Shown here piece by piece: positions 50,198-63,899 of a DNA stretch of 64,000 bases. Within the stretch, counting starts at the first letter, position 1. The number at the start of each line of letters is the position of its first letter. The stretch is from Octopus bimaculoides (Eukaryota). The notes under the pieces are model-generated. The model was not told the origin of the DNA and did not search any database. It saw only the letters and a program-made list of their open reading frames with translations. The translations under genes were made by a program, and so were the position numbers. The stretch is taken from positions 40,306,630 through 40,370,629 of the forward strand of contig NC_068995.1 in the NCBI RefSeq assembly GCF_001194135.2, written 5' to 3'.

Positions 50198-51089
50198 NNN
50201 NNNNNNNNNNNNNNNNNNNNNNNNNNNNNNNNNNNNNNNNNNNNNNNNNNNNNNNNNNNNNNNNNNNNNNNNNNNNNNNNNNNNNNNNNNNNNNNNNNNN
50301 NNNNNNNNNNNNNNNNNNNNNNNNNNNNNNNNNNNNNNNNNNNNNNNNNNNNNNNNNNNNNNNNNNNNNNNNNNNNNNNNNNNNNNNNNNNNNNNNNNNN
50401 NNNNNNNNNNNNNNNNNNNNNNNNNNNNNNNNNNNNNNNNNNNNNNNNNNNNNNNNNNNNNNNNNNNNNNNNNNNNNNNNNNNNNNNNNNNNNNNNNNNN
50501 NNNNNNNNNNNNNNNNNNNNNNNNNNNNNNNNNNNNNNNNNNNNNNNNNNNNNNNNNNNNNNNNNNNNNNNNNNNNNNNNNNNNNNNNNNNNNNNNNNNN
50601 NNNNNNNNNNNNNNNNNNNNNNNNNNNNNNNNNNNNNNNNNNNNNNNNNNNNNNNNNNNNNNNNNNNNNNNNNNNNNNNNNNNNNNNNNNNNNNNNNNNN
50701 NNNNNNNNNNNNNNNNNNNNNNNNNNNNNNNNNNNNNNNNNNNNNNNNNNNNNNNNNNNNNNNNNNNNNNNNNNNNNNNNNNNNNNNNNNNNNNNNNNNN
50801 NNNNNNNNNNNNNNNNNNNNNNNNNNNNNNNNNNNNNNNNNNNNNNNNNNNNNNNNNNNNNNNNNNNNNNNNNNNNNNNNNNNNNNNNNNNNNNNNNNNN
50901 NNNNNNNNNNNNNNNNNNNNNNNNNNNNNNNNNNNNNNNNNNNNNNNNNNNNNNNNNNNNNNNNNNNNNNNNNNNNNNNNNNNNNNNNNNNNNNNNNNNN
51001 NNNNNNNNNNNNNNNNNNNNNNNNNNNNNNNNNNNNNNNNNNNNNNNNNNNNNNNNNNNNNNNNNNNNNNNNNNNNNNNNNNNNNNNNN

Positions 51090-51150
<61 letters not shown>

Positions 51151-53589
51151 ATATATATGTATATATCAGATGGATGTGTTATAATACTGTTCTACACATA
51201 CAATAACAGCCATACCAACAATCCAACATACATGTATGGATATATATATAAACTGTGTACGTGTGTCTTTTTGTCCACCACCACTGCTTGGTAACTGGAG
51301 TTGGAGTGTTTACATTTCTATAACCTAACAGTTCAGCAAAAGAGACTGATGGAATAAGTACTGAAGTTGATTCGTTTGACTAAAAGATTCTTCAAGGTGG
51401 TGCCCCAGCATGGCCACAGTCTAATTAACTGAAACAAGTAAAAGAAGTTATATATGGCGCAGGAGTGGCTGTGTGGTAAGTAGCTTGCTTACCAACCACA
51501 TGGTTCCGGGTTCAGTCCCACTGCGTGGCACCTTGGGCAAGTGTCTTCTACTATAGCCTCGGGCTGACCAAAGCCTTGTGAGTGGATTTGGTAGACGGAA
51601 ACTGAAAGAAGCCTGTCGTATATATATATATATATATATGTTTGTGTGTCTGTGTTTGTCCCCCCACCATCGCTTGACAACTGATGCTGGTGTGTTTACG
51701 TCCCCATAACTTAGCGGTTCGGCAAAAAGAGACCAATAGAATAAGTACTAGGCTTACAAAGAATAAGTCCTGGGGTCGATTTGCTTCGACTAAAGGCGGT
51801 GCTCCAGCATGTCCGCAGTCAAATGACTTAAACAAGTAAAAGAGTATGTGTGTGTGTTAACTCCAATATATGTTAATTTATGTGAGAATAAACATGTCTT
51901 GCTTTCCAATATAGTTTTGTTCCTTTGATCAACAGTACACGTCACCAGATTTGGAAAGTAATAAAATTAATCCTAAATTTATCTTATTGCATTTAAGCCT
52001 GCTAAGTGTACAATGAACTGACCAAATAAAACCACAGTCTGGGAATATTTTCAGATGCTTTCCCTCCAATGTTTTTAACTTTTTCACAAAGACAGGACTA
52101 CATTAAGACTGTTGTGTACTGAGTGAGCAAGACAATGTTTTTGTCGTCTAGGATACCAGCCTATTGTTGGTTGACCTCTCTCTCACAGGTCCTTGTAGTT
52201 ATTCTATTCTCTACAATTATATATAGACCAATAAACCAAGCCACATATTAATATGGCTTTTTGTTGATATGAAAACATGTTTGAACTGGATTTTATCACA
52301 ATGCCAATGAACTGCTAGTCCAGTAGTTGATCTGTTCAGTTGCTTCATATCAACCATAGTTCATGCTTTGAAGAACCATTTTAAAAATTCTGCCATGTCT
52401 TTCATTAAATATTGAAAATAACAAAACGTCTGGAAATATTTTGTTAAGTGTCAAGCTTTGTCACGGATGAATTGATGTTTGGAACATGACTTAACAAAAA
52501 GTTCTTACACAGAATTATTTTAACCCTTTAGCATTTAGATTACTCTTTGATATATGATGCTTATTTATTCACATTGTTTTGAATTTATTTTGCATTATAT
52601 CACAGCTTCTAGACTTCGAAGATGTGACTGTTTATTTTTAGAATGACATTGTAAGGTAGGTGTGAAAGGCCAGATCTGTCCAGTTTGAACATAGAACAGT
52701 TAGAATATTTGGGCCTGATATCGCTAGTTTAAATGATAGAGGGCTAAGGGCTTATGATTTAAGAGCATTTGGAAACACATCGATGGAACCAAGATGGTAT
52801 TATGTTGGTTTAGATTAAAAGGAGTTAAATACTTCTTTCTGGATCACAGATGAGGGAACATTTCATTAATCATTAAGTGCATGTTGTTGGTAACCATTAT
52901 AGTGTGTCAATTGAGACAGAAAAATGATAGAAGTCCACTTACAGGGTCTGAGCCATATATCTCTTACTTACTTCCATATGGTATTCATCTAACACCTTTT
53001 TGAGCGTGGCTGTTGCCAGTACCGTGTGACTGGCCCTCGTGCCAGTGGCACGTAAAAGCACCCATTACACTCTCGGAGTGGTTGGCGTTAGGAAGGGCAT
53101 CCAGCTGTAGAAACTCTGCCAAATCAGATTGGAGCCTGGCGTAGCCTCTTCTGGCTTGCCAGTCCTCAGTCAAATCGTCCAACCCATGCTAGCATGGAAA
53201 GCGGACGTTAAACGACGACGATGATGATGATGATTTCCATATGGTATTCATCTATCAATTCCACTTAACTACAAAGTAATACTTGGCCTGGGGCTATAGT
53301 AGCAGATACTTTCCCAAGATGCAGTAATGGCCAGCTCTCTAGTTTTCAGTAACACTGTCACTGAACGAAAGATAAAAAAAAACTGGTATTAAATCCTGGC
53401 TATGGATCTGTTTCTTTCCCTCATTTGTGTTTAAAATGTCTAATGTCATCATTGTTATTTTTAATATTTTCAGTATGGGGTCAGTGTTCTCACTGCTTCC
53501 ATATCCACTGCATAGTGAAATGGCTCAACTCACAACAGGTCCACCAATTGTGTCCTATGTGTCGACAGGAATGGAAGTTCAAAGAATGA
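45666..53589 (+). CDS. ANAPC11: Anaphase-promoting complex subunit 11 (RING-H2), 84 aa, 4 coding exons including a 1-nt exon
   Basis: Exons 45666-45684 (19 nt), 46746 (1 nt), 49989-50107 (119 nt), 53474-53589 (116 nt) total 255 nt. Product: [84 protein letters not shown], colinear with 84-aa human/plant APC11. Confidence 0.97.
46746..46746 (+). CDS. ANAPC11: Single-nucleotide microexon (G) of ANAPC11, middle base of codon 7 (A|G|C = Ser)
   Basis: Context ...atttcttttctgtattacag G gtgagtag...: pyrimidine tract + CAG, one base, consensus donor GTGAGT. It supplies exactly the base needed to reconcile the phase-1 donor at 45685 with the phase-2 acceptor at 49988. Confidence 0.85.
48550..49190 (-). 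mobile_element. Decayed RTE-LINE reverse-transcriptase fragment
   Basis: [23 protein letters not shown]...YLAFIDLE-like RT segment with stops. Confidence 0.75.
51456..51844 (+). mobile_element. tRNA-derived SINE, family A (full length)
   Basis: Head ggcgcaggagtggctgtgtgg...ggttcagtccc (A/B boxes), internal (TA)/(TG) microsatellite, tail aaatgactgaaacaagtaaaagag. Many copies in the window. Confidence 0.9.
52990..53235 (+). mobile_element. RTE-LINE-type 3' tail element ending in (GAT)n
   Basis: ...gtcaaatcgtccaacccatgctagcatggaaagcggacgttaaacgacgacgatgatg. Reverse copies at ~6290-6430, 18530-18750, 25825-25935, 26775-26870, 31765-31860, 57490-57715, 60070-60265. Confidence 0.8.
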
Positions 53590-53942
53590 ATGAGACTGGT
53601 TTTAGCAGAACTTTTGATTTATTGAACCTCCAAGAAAAATCTTATCTGAAGATTTGCAAAAGAATTTTTTTGTTCTTTTTTTTTTTTTTTAAGTCTTTCA
53701 GTTTTCAATCAAACATATAATGCCGATGGAGGAACTCTAAAATTACAAATATCAGAAGAATTTTAGTGGAATTAACAGTTTTACTGAAATAATTTCTGTC
53801 AATCATTTTTCACATCATCTTTTCCATCAAATCTTTATTTATTATTTACTTTTTATTTTGCATTTTTTTTTCTTTCTTCTCTTCACATTGTTATAAAATG
53901 TTTTAAAATAATATGGAAGAAATATTTTTGAGAGATTTTTCC

Positions 53943-53948
53943 AATAAA
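53943..53948 (+). terminator. Putative AATAAA polyadenylation signal of ANAPC11
   Basis: First AATAAA I found downstream of the stop at 53589. Confidence 0.4.
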
Positions 53949-54815
53949 AATCCAACCTGGAACTTCTTGAAACCAATCTTCATTAGTCTCATCATTTCAT
54001 TAATTTACATTTTTTACTCTTACTATATCAGCTTCTATTTATCTTGGTCTTCTATTAGTTCCTTTGAGGTCATGTTTAACCATATTTTGGCCAACTTCTG
54101 CCTTCCTTAACCCTTTCAATACCAACCTGGCCGAAACTGCCTCTGGCCCTGTAGTACAAATGTCTTGTTTTCATAAGTTTTGAATTAAAATCTTCCACCA
54201 AACCGTAATCATAATTTATGTTCCTGACACTAGCATAATGATAACTAACTTATTTTACTAAATTCTTTGTCATATTTAAAATAATTGAAAGAAACACAAA
54301 GCATCTCAAAATAAATACAGTAAGAAAAGGGTTAAGTTCGGTTGCCAAGAATACATCATCGAGTCATTCAACTGGGCTCATTATAACAACTCTAGTACGT
54401 ATTTTATTGAGTCAAACTCAGAAGAATGACAGGTAAAGTGAACTACAGCAGGAATTGATCTCAGAACTTGAAGAGACATAACCAAATACCATTGTCTTTT
54501 GTTGTTGCTCGACCAATTCCTCCATCTACTATATTGAAAACTTTCACAATGCAAAGCTCTATTTCCTTCAATGTTGGTATAAATCAACTTATCAAATATC
54601 ATGGTAGATCGTTATTGGTAGATTTCCAAGTCAAAACCCAAGTGTTATCGGCAATAGAGACCTTACTATAAATCTATGCCTATAAACAATAACAAGGTTT
54701 GGCATAATATATTTAATTTCATTTAAATAAAAGAGAAAACTACTGCACTAAGCCTTTCAAAATACATGTGTATCATCGTTTAATGTCTGCCTGCCATGCT
54801 AGCATGGGTAATATA

Positions 54816-54874
<59 letters not shown>

Positions 54875-57800
54875 ATATGGAAAAAAAAGTCAAGGTAGAA
54901 AATGCTAAAATAATTTTATAAAAAATATTTCAGTACTGGTTTCAGTCACTGAGACTTTTTCAACTGTAAGCATGGAAAACAATTCAATTTTGGAAAAATT
55001 AAAAGAAAAGTTTTTTAAAAGAATATTTGCATAGTATTCAAATACAAGGAGCATTTTCCTAGTTTCTGTCTCTCCTGTTTACTCGTACGACCTCGAACCC
55101 ACAAGAGAGACAGAGACAAGCAGAAACANNNNNNNNNNNNNNNNNNNNNNNNNNNNNNNNNNNNNNNNNNNNNNNNNNNNNNNNNNNNNNNNNNNNNNNN
55201 NNNNNNNNNNNNNNNNNNNNNNNNNNNNNNNNNNNNNNNNNNNNNNNNNNNNNNNNNNNNNNNNNNNNNNNNNNNNNNNNNNNNNNNNNNNNNNNNNNNN
55301 NNNNNNNNNNNNNNNNNNNNNNNNNNNNNNNNNNNNNNNNNNNNNNNNNNNNNNNNNNNNNNNNNNNNNNNNNNNNNNNNNNNNNNNNNNNNNNNNNNNN
55401 NNNNNNNNNNNNNNNNNNNNNNNNNNNNNNNNNNNNNNNNNNNNNNNNNNNNNNNNNNNNNNNNNNNNNNNNNNNNNNNNNNNNNNNNNNNNNNNNNNNN
55501 NNNNNNNNNNNNNNNNNNNNNNNNNNGCTGGGATTCTCAGCTTTTTTAGCTGCTATTTCTGAACTTCGGTATATGGTGAAGCAAATATTTGCTGATTCCT
55601 TAATTATATTTATAAATATATATGAGCTTTTAAATAAGTTCTCCACCAATAATGGTGCTTTCATACCGATGGGCTTGGTAAAAATTATTAATTGTTAATT
55701 GATTTATTAATTAATAAATTGATAATCCTTTACCCTTTTAATTTGTAAATAATATATATATATTTCAATTCAAAATATGAAATGCACATGAAAGAATTTT
55801 GGCAATGGGATGTGGATTTTTTAAAAAGTGTATTTAAAGTTCTGTTGAGTAGATCCATGGCTGACTGCAGGTTACAAAGGAGTTTATTTTATTCATCTAC
55901 ATTATATTACTGGTAAAAGTTCAGCCAATGTGAGAGCCTCTATGAGGAGCAAAACTAACAGCCAAGTCCTGAAAATACACCTTATTAGCTTAAAAAAAGG
56001 GAAGGATACACTGGGTAATGTAGTTTCAGTTGGAACTGTTATTGTTAGAATTTCTTCGATCTGGAATGATGTGATCCTAAATGAAGAAAATACTAAATCT
56101 GTCTTGGTAGAATTGGAACTCAAAGTGTAGAAGGTTGAAACGAAAAATTAAAACTAAAACAAAAGGTGTTTGAAGTAGGATAAACATGTGTATGTTATGT
56201 TATGGAGTGATCTATAATATGAATGCTTTGATTTTTAATGGGCAGTGATATACACAAAAAAGAATAATCAAATTTTAGAGAAATGTGACTTTTAGGCATT
56301 CATGCCCTTCCAACTGACAGAAATGAAATAGCTTTAAACGTTTTACAAAGGCCTGTGCTTCAAATGGTTAATATAATCAAGATTTTGTAGGGGTTTTCAT
56401 AAAATATTGGTAATTTAATATATTTGCATGTACATATATTTAGTATATTATGCTGGTGTTGGTTAACTGAGATCTTGTTATCACGGTAATGAGATTTTGA
56501 TAAAGGTTTGTTGTTTTTTTTAAATTTAAATTTAAATATGATCGCTTGTATTAGTAATCTCAGCTGGGTTGATATTAACTTGGAATTGAAACCACACCCT
56601 GTTGATTAAACATGTCAGGAGGTCTTCCGTTATAACTCTTCTACCTCTATGCTGTTCATTTCTTTCTTAGTCTGATGTTAAGATTTTAAAAGTCTGGGAG
56701 ATTGAGTGATGGTTATGATGTCTTGTTGAGAAGATTATCAACATGAAGAAAGAGTATTGTTTTACATCATTAAAAGAAATAATGTGTAGGCAGCTCTCGA
56801 GATCTCCCACAACAATATTGAGAATATATCAATACCAACAACTTCTAAATTACTTTAAAAACTTCCCAAAAAAACTTTTGTGGCAGTTCACTCTGCTAGA
56901 AATAACAGTTTAATCTACCTCATATGACACTCTACAGTCTTACAATTGAACACTTTAAACAATGTAATTGTAGGTGTACAAACATGGGATAGCCATGACT
57001 GGAATGCCTGATTATAGAACTGTGTAAAATGAAATCTGACTCAAGACTAAACTTTCTTAGTAAATTAAAAACAAATTTGAGAAATGACGAAAGGATTCTA
57101 ATATATTTAATCTTATGAATGCATCTGAAGAGAGCAATTTGGCAAAAACAAATCAGGATTGGATGAAATGCCAAACTGTTCCTACTTCTGCCCTTCTACA
57201 TTTTTGAGTCCAAATTCTCCCAAGTTTCACCCAGTCCTTCATCACTCAGGAATTTCTAGATTTTCTTCCATAAATTTCACCGTTTCCACCTCCACAGCAG
57301 ATGCATGTCATTGGTATTTAGAGAGGACAAGTCTAAATTATTGTGGTAAACAGAGGTTTTATGTTTTGTTTTGTTCCATCAATCAGATCCTGGCAGGATC
57401 CCAGTAAAACTGCAATTATAGAGAAAGTTCGATGAGACATTAGCGACAAAAATAATTTAACGATACAAAATGAAGGAAACTACATCTGAACATCATCATC
57501 ATCATCGTTTAATGTCCGCTTTCCATGCTAGCATGGGTTGGACGATTTGACTGAGGACTGGTGAAACCAGATGGCTACACCAGGCTCCAATCTGATTTGG
57601 CAGTTTCTACAGCTGGATGCCCTTCCTGACGCCAACCACTCAGAGAGTGTAGTGGGTGCTTTTACGTGCCACCCGCACGAAGGCCAGTCACGTGGTATTG
57701 GCAACGGCCACGACCTGAACATGTCATCTGTAATTCTGAAATGTCTAAATTATCGAAATGCAGATAAAAAAATTTATTGGGGGGGCACAGGAATGGTGTT

Positions 57801-59074
57801 ATTACAAAATTTGCTTCACAACCGCATGGTTTTGGGTTCAATCCCATGACATAGCACCTTGGGTAAGTATATTCTACTATAATCTTGCAACAATCAAAGC
57901 ATTGTGAGTGGACTTGGTAGATGGAAACTGTACAGAAGCCTGTTTAAGTGTCCAAATGTTTCACTTGATCAGTCTTGATGCCAATGCACCAGTTGGCAGA
58001 AGAGAACACAAATGAACTTCCATGTCTAGTACCCCAAACAAATGAGATGTAAATACAATGGACTTCCATGCAGGTTCTATCTCCCAAATTCCACTCACAA
58101 GGTCTTGGAGAATATGGTAGAAAACATTTGATCAAGACACCATATAATGGGATTGAATTTGGAACCATATGGTTACAAAGCAAACTACCCATACATATGC
58201 AATAAAGTGCTTTCACTATAAACAACAATGAGCATTCAGATATTAACAGATATGGGTGTTCCAGAGAGAATGCAGCAAGTGACAATTTCTATAAAAGGCC
58301 TTCAATAGCAACTTAACCCTTTAAGCATTTAATCTGGCCATATCCAGTCCAAATCAACTAAAAATTGAACCTGGATTGTTCTGGTTTCAAGGAAGACAAT
58401 TAGAACAGCAATAATTTTTACTTTAAATTGTAGTTGTTTTACATTTCTTTTTCCACAATATTAAGGAAGTTTGAAAATTTATAAGATTACAGTTGAAAAT
58501 ACCATTTGTTGCTATGTGCTGAACTATAAGAGATGACAAGGAAACCTTGATGAGGGAGTCTGATCAGAAATATAAACTTCCTTCAAATCACTTTGTACCA
58601 TCTTAAAAAAGATGCACAGGAAAATTAAGGTATGTTCTATTAATATGTGTATCAAAGTTTTAGAAAAGGTACACCTTGTCTTTGCTTATCATAAAAGGAA
58701 ACCGAAAAAAGCTGACAACAGGAAAGGTATCCAGCCATAAAACACTGACTCAGAAAACTACTCATCTGACCCATGCCATCATGGAAAAGTTAACATAAAA
58801 GATGGCACTGGATAATGTCCTGCAAACACACTGACAGAAAACAAACAGGATGGTCATGGCTGGAATGCTTTTCATGACAGCTTTGCCAAATCAAGAATGA
58901 TATGGAGTTGGGGTGACAAGGGAATAAACAAGTGGAGCTTATTTGTTAGTTAGCCAGGGAAGTTAAAGCAAGTAGAGCTAGGTACACTGCTCTTAGACAA
59001 AACACAACAACTATCATAGGGTTTGAACTCAAGACCTTGTAATCTGTAGTCCAGTATATTATCACCACAGACGA

Positions 59075-59296
59075 TTGTGCTGGTTTGGACATGTGGTGAG
59101 AATGAATGAGGATAGCTGCGTGAAAAAGTGCCACTCCCTAACAGTTGAGGGAACTCGGGGAAGAGGTAGGCCCAGGAAGACCTGGGCTGAGGTGGTGAGG
59201 CAAGACCTTCGAACATTGGGCCTCACCGAGGCGATGACTACTGACCGAGACCTTTGGAAATGTGCTGTGCGTGAGAAGACCCGGCAAGCCAAGTGA
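59075..59296 (+). mobile_element. RTE-clade LINE ORF C-terminal fragment
   Basis: WFGHVVRMNEDSCVKKC...[20 protein letters not shown] is typical of the RTE ORF2 end. Confidence 0.85.
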
Positions 59297-61032
59297 GATC
59301 GTTGCCAGGGCCCCTGGACTGGCTCTTGTGCGGGTGGCACATAAGATGTACCATCCTGAGCGTGACCGTTGCCAGTACCGCCTGACTGGCCTTGTAGGGT
59401 TTTCGAGCGAGATCNNNNNNNNNNNNNNNNNNNNNNNNNNNNNNNNNNNNNNNNNNNNNNNNNNNNNNNNNNNNNNNNNNNNNNNNNNNNNNNNNNNNNN
59501 NNNNNNNNNNNNNNNNNNNNNNNNNNNNNNNNNNNNNNNNNNNNNNNNNNNNNNNNNNNNNNNNNNNNNNNNNNNNNNNNNNNNNNNNNNNNNNNNNNNN
59601 NNNNNNNNNNNNNNNNNNNNNNNNNNNNNNNNNNNNNNNNNNNNNNNNNNNNNNNNNNNNNNNNNNNNNNNNNNNNNNNNNNNNNNNNNNNNNNNNNNNN
59701 NNNNNNNNNNNNNNNNNNNNNNNNNNNNNNNNNNNNNNNNNNNNNNNNNNNNNNNNNNNNNNNNNNNNNNNNNNNNNNNNNNNNNNNNNNNNNNNNNNNN
59801 NNNNNNNNNNNNNNNNNNNNNNNNNNNNNNNNNNNNNNNNNNNNNNNNNNNNNNNNNNNNNNNNNNNNNNNNNNNNNNNNNNNNNNNNNNNNNNNNNNNN
59901 NNNNNNNNNNNNNNNNNNNNNNNNNNNNNNNNNNNNNNNNNNNNNNNNNNNNNNNNNNNNNNNNNNNNNNNNNNNNNNNNNNNNNNNNNNNNNNNNNNNN
60001 NNNNNNNNNNNAAACACCAGGTAGGCAAATTTAAATACTGTTTCAAAACACCCGTTAATTCTACAGTGTTCATCATCATCATCATCATCGTTTAACGTCC
60101 GCTTTCCATGCTAGCATGGGTTGGACGATTTGAATGAGGACTGGTGAAACCGGATGGCAACACCAGGCTCCAATCTAATTTGGCAGAGTTTCTACAGCTG
60201 GATGCCCTTCCTAACGCCAACCACTCAGAGAGTGTAGTGGGTGCTTTTACGTGTCACCCGCACGTGTTCTCTCTGAATATTGCAATTAGACATACAAATC
60301 GAAGTTACTGTCTATAGATGGGCAGGATGGTAAATTGGAAAAAAAAAATCAATAAAGTAATGAACAACATGGCTGGCAGTGGTTATTACATTCCTTTATG
60401 ATGGATTGAGTTCAAATCCAGCTGGTGACAACATGACCCTTTCCTTCTAACAAGGGTGAAGACCATGGAATGACCATGGAATTGCACCTAAAATGTTCCC
60501 CTCTGCGGTACAAGTCCAGGTAAGGTTGTTTATGAAAGACTAGCAGTTGCCCATGCATACCAGCCTCCCCTCTCCATACCATCAATGTTACCCAAGGGAA
60601 AGGGAAAGGGAAATACAGCTTGGCACCAGTGACATCGCAACACATTTTTACAGATGAGAGAACTGGAGCAATGTGAAATAAAGTGTCTTGCCCAGCCAAG
60701 GAATTGAACTCATTACTTCATGATCGTGAGCCCAATGCTCTAACCACTGAGCCATGAACCTTCACATCCTTCCAACAAGGGTCAATAAAATACCAAATCA
60801 TACACAAGTGATAATCTAATCAGAACTGATTTAATATTCCTTTAAAGCATTGTAGACATGAAAGGAATTATATTAAAAAACAAAACAAATCTATAAATTT
60901 CTGGCCTTGAGGTGTCTCAATTGAAAATTCTCAGAACAGGTCAGGTGAGAGCCAAGTAAGTAATGAGACACAAACTGTGCACTCTTTCGTCAGGTGGTTG
61001 ATGTCCTGTTAATTTAAATAAGTAGTAACTTG

Positions 61033-61935
61033 TTAAAATCCATTTTTTCTCCATTTCCTGAAAGGATCTGCAGAAAATAAACGCTAAAGAAGCCATCGGA
61101 AAAATGGTAAGGTCTGATCTCAAAGTGCTGGACCCCACAAAGAACTTACAAAGGATCACAAGTAGTGAGAAACTCCGAATTGACCCAACCAACACATACC
61201 AGCATGATAAGATGGATATCAAAATGATGATGATGGTAGTGGTGATGATGATGGTGTTGGTGGTGATTACAATGATGTGACCTGATGATTCTAACTTAAT
61301 TGACACTTTACTATTACTTATAATTCAAAAATAAAATAAAAAGAACTATTTTCTCTTAACCCTTTCATTACTGTATTTATTTTGCGATGCTCTGTGTTTC
61401 TTTCAATTACTTTAAACATAACAAAGAATTTAGTGAAATAACTTAGTTATCATTCAGCTAGTGTTAAGAACATTAATTGTGACTAAGGTTTAGTGGAAGA
61501 TTTTAGTTCAAAACCTATGAAAACAAGACATTTGTACTCAGAGCCAGAGCCGGTTTCAGCCAGGTTAGTAACGAAAGGGTTAAATGAGAAAATAGTCACA
61601 TAGATGTCACTACTAAGCTAACTAGTACATGGGCTTTTAGTTTAAAATTTTCTTAAAGACATTTTAGAGATTCTTTAAGCAAAAATTTCTGAGAAAGAGT
61701 ATCCAGGAGATTATTCACATCACATCCAATGCCAAAGAATAGTGAGATAAGCAAGGGCTGGCGGCAAGAATTTTTGTCTGTGGTCCATTTCCTGCAGTGA
61801 TGACAATGATGGTGGTGGTGGTGGTGGTGTTGATATACTTACTCTTGATCTGTTTCGGAGGATTATCAATGAGTATGGAATCCAACTCATCTACAAGTTG
61901 ATTAAGTTCTTTGCAAGCACCATAAAGGATATTAC
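61033..61935 (-). CDS. Candidate last exons (61935-61843, 61067-61033) of an unidentified gene entering from the right edge
   Basis: acacacag|(G)NILYGACKELNQLVDELDSILIDNPPKQIK|gtaagt is 93 nt, phase 1/1, with only one open frame. It is followed by ttttctgcag|NPFRKWRKNGF*. No family recognised. Confidence 0.5.
61360..61579. mobile_element. TTAA-flanked piggyBac-type MITE
   Basis: ttaa|ccctttcattac...gtaacgaaaggg|ttaa. Family copies at 54111-54331 and ~15874-16092; a second TTAA family at ~47100-47302, 48300-48527, 52523-52748. Confidence 0.75.
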
Positions 61936-63009
61936 CTGTGTGTAAAGGTAAGATATATAATGTCAGAAAGGATATTGCCTGCATGTACAGGTAAGATATT
62001 ACATGTATGTATACTGTCTTTCTTAAGATGGTAGGGTGTGATTCAAGGAAGATTTAACTACTATTTCTAACAGATAAGTGATTACTTAGAATCTCAGTTG
62101 TCACTGCTGTTGGCGTTTAGACAAGATAAGTCCTGGTCAAAGTATTCCCACCATGACCATCCCATCTAGTGTTAAGGTAGTGAATATGTACACTTCATTA
62201 TAAAATGCATACGTTTCATTTTTTTTTTTAAAGTATAGTATATCATTTGGGGTAGATTTGGCTGCTATTTCTGGCAGATTGGGTGACAGTGAAAAGATTC
62301 CTTTGTTAGTTTGTAAACTAAACTGGTTTCATAAATATGGCTTCCATCCACTATAATTCATAACCAAAGCAAAATACAAAATTTAAGAACAATACTTGAA
62401 GCTAACAGGTTTAACTTACTAAACACAGCTCTAAAAACTGAACTGTTGGCTATTGACTGTGTCAAATGACACATATTTTGGCTTTGACATTGTCAACTGT
62501 CACATATTGGCTATTAACACTGTCAACTGACATATGTTGGTTGTTTTGAACACTGCAAATTACATTTTCAACTGATTCTTTATATTGTCTGACATGAAAT
62601 AATAATGAATTTTAGCTGTTAGAATGGATCATAAGTCTTTAAATGTTTCATTGTAGAATGCAATATAAAACCCTTTAAAAAGTCTGAACCAATGAGGGAT
62701 TCCTTATTTGGTTGCACTTCCTGTAAGCAGCTAAATCACCTCAAGAAAGACAAATTAAATAATGGATAATGTAGCTATGGATACACAAAATGAGGGTATG
62801 TTACAGCATACACATGTGTATGCATGAGTGTTTACAATTTCAGATTAAGTCGGTTACATCGACACCAATGAGTAACTGTTACTTATTTAATCAACCCTGA
62901 TGGAATATGAACTCAGAAGGCAGCGACAGGCAAAATGCCACGAAACATTCCACCCAGCAGGCTAACAATTCTGCTAGCTTACCACCTTATTATTATTATT
63001 ATTATTATT

Positions 63010-63410
63010 GAGTGAGAGAGCAGTGCATGTCATCAAAGTGACACTGGGGTAAAATATACGAAGCCCAGTATACACATCATGACTACCCGTCTGATAAGGG
63101 TACACCAGGCACATGCATTACAACCATATGTGTGTGACATGGTGATCTCATATCAAGATAAACGGCGCATGACCTCGTAGGTGGGGCCCAATTAGAATTT
63201 TCTTCAGGTCAAGTAGCCCATCCCACTCAAAAGGTCCCTGAATAAGGCTTGTTTCAGGATGTTGAGCAAAACACCCATGTTTCCAAAGGTGAATTCTTCA
63301 AACCCCAAAGAATTCCTCTCAACACATGGCTATGATGCTCCCCAACTACTTCTGCTCATGATCAGAGATGCACATATCATCAGCCACTAAGAGACATGCT
63401 CAACTGGCTA
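63010..63410. repeat. ~400-bp interspersed-repeat-like segment embedded between (TAT)n/(AAT)n tracts
   Basis: GC-richer block flanked on both sides by trinucleotide microsatellite; class not determined. Confidence 0.4.
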
Positions 63411-63460
63411 TTATTATTATTATTACTATTATTATTATTATTATTATCATTATTATTATT

Positions 63461-63491
<31 letters not shown>

Positions 63492-63899
63492 TAGTTTACT
63501 TGATTTACTTATCTTGTATATTGTTCTATCAAGGTCAAATTCTTTTATAGACAAAGGGAAATGCAAGTCTGTGTCTTCCTGAAGGGTGTAGATAATGAAA
63601 TACTTTCAATAAGATATCAAAAATAAAGTTATGGGACCAGCTTGCTGTAAATTTACTGGCTTGTTGGCCATTCTGTGTATAAAGGTGTCCATGTATGAAG
63701 AGTCAAACGAGTAAATGAAATCCTACCGTCTAACGACTCTAAATTTTGAAACATGAGAAGTATTTCGTCCTGGTAAAGAGCTTCTTGGCAAACTGGATTT
63801 ACTCGTTTCTGGGCCGTGCATTGCAGAAGTAGATGTTTTAATTTTGGTAAGCCAGTCAAACAATAGAGGCTGTTGGTGCTGAAACATACAAATCAATGC

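Noticed and set aside
50050-51294. 414-aa ORF and other long ORFs containing X runs (2515-3126, 5801-6417, 22086-22668, 39719-40338, 55059-55664, 59138-60095)
   Set aside because: Artefacts of reading through N gaps; only 50050-50107 is real (ANAPC11 exon)
61065-61106. Plus-strand 42-nt exon-like segment (DLQKINAKEAIGKM|gtaagg)
   Set aside because: No plus-strand gene context (ANAPC11 ends at 53589); overlaps the minus-strand candidate exon
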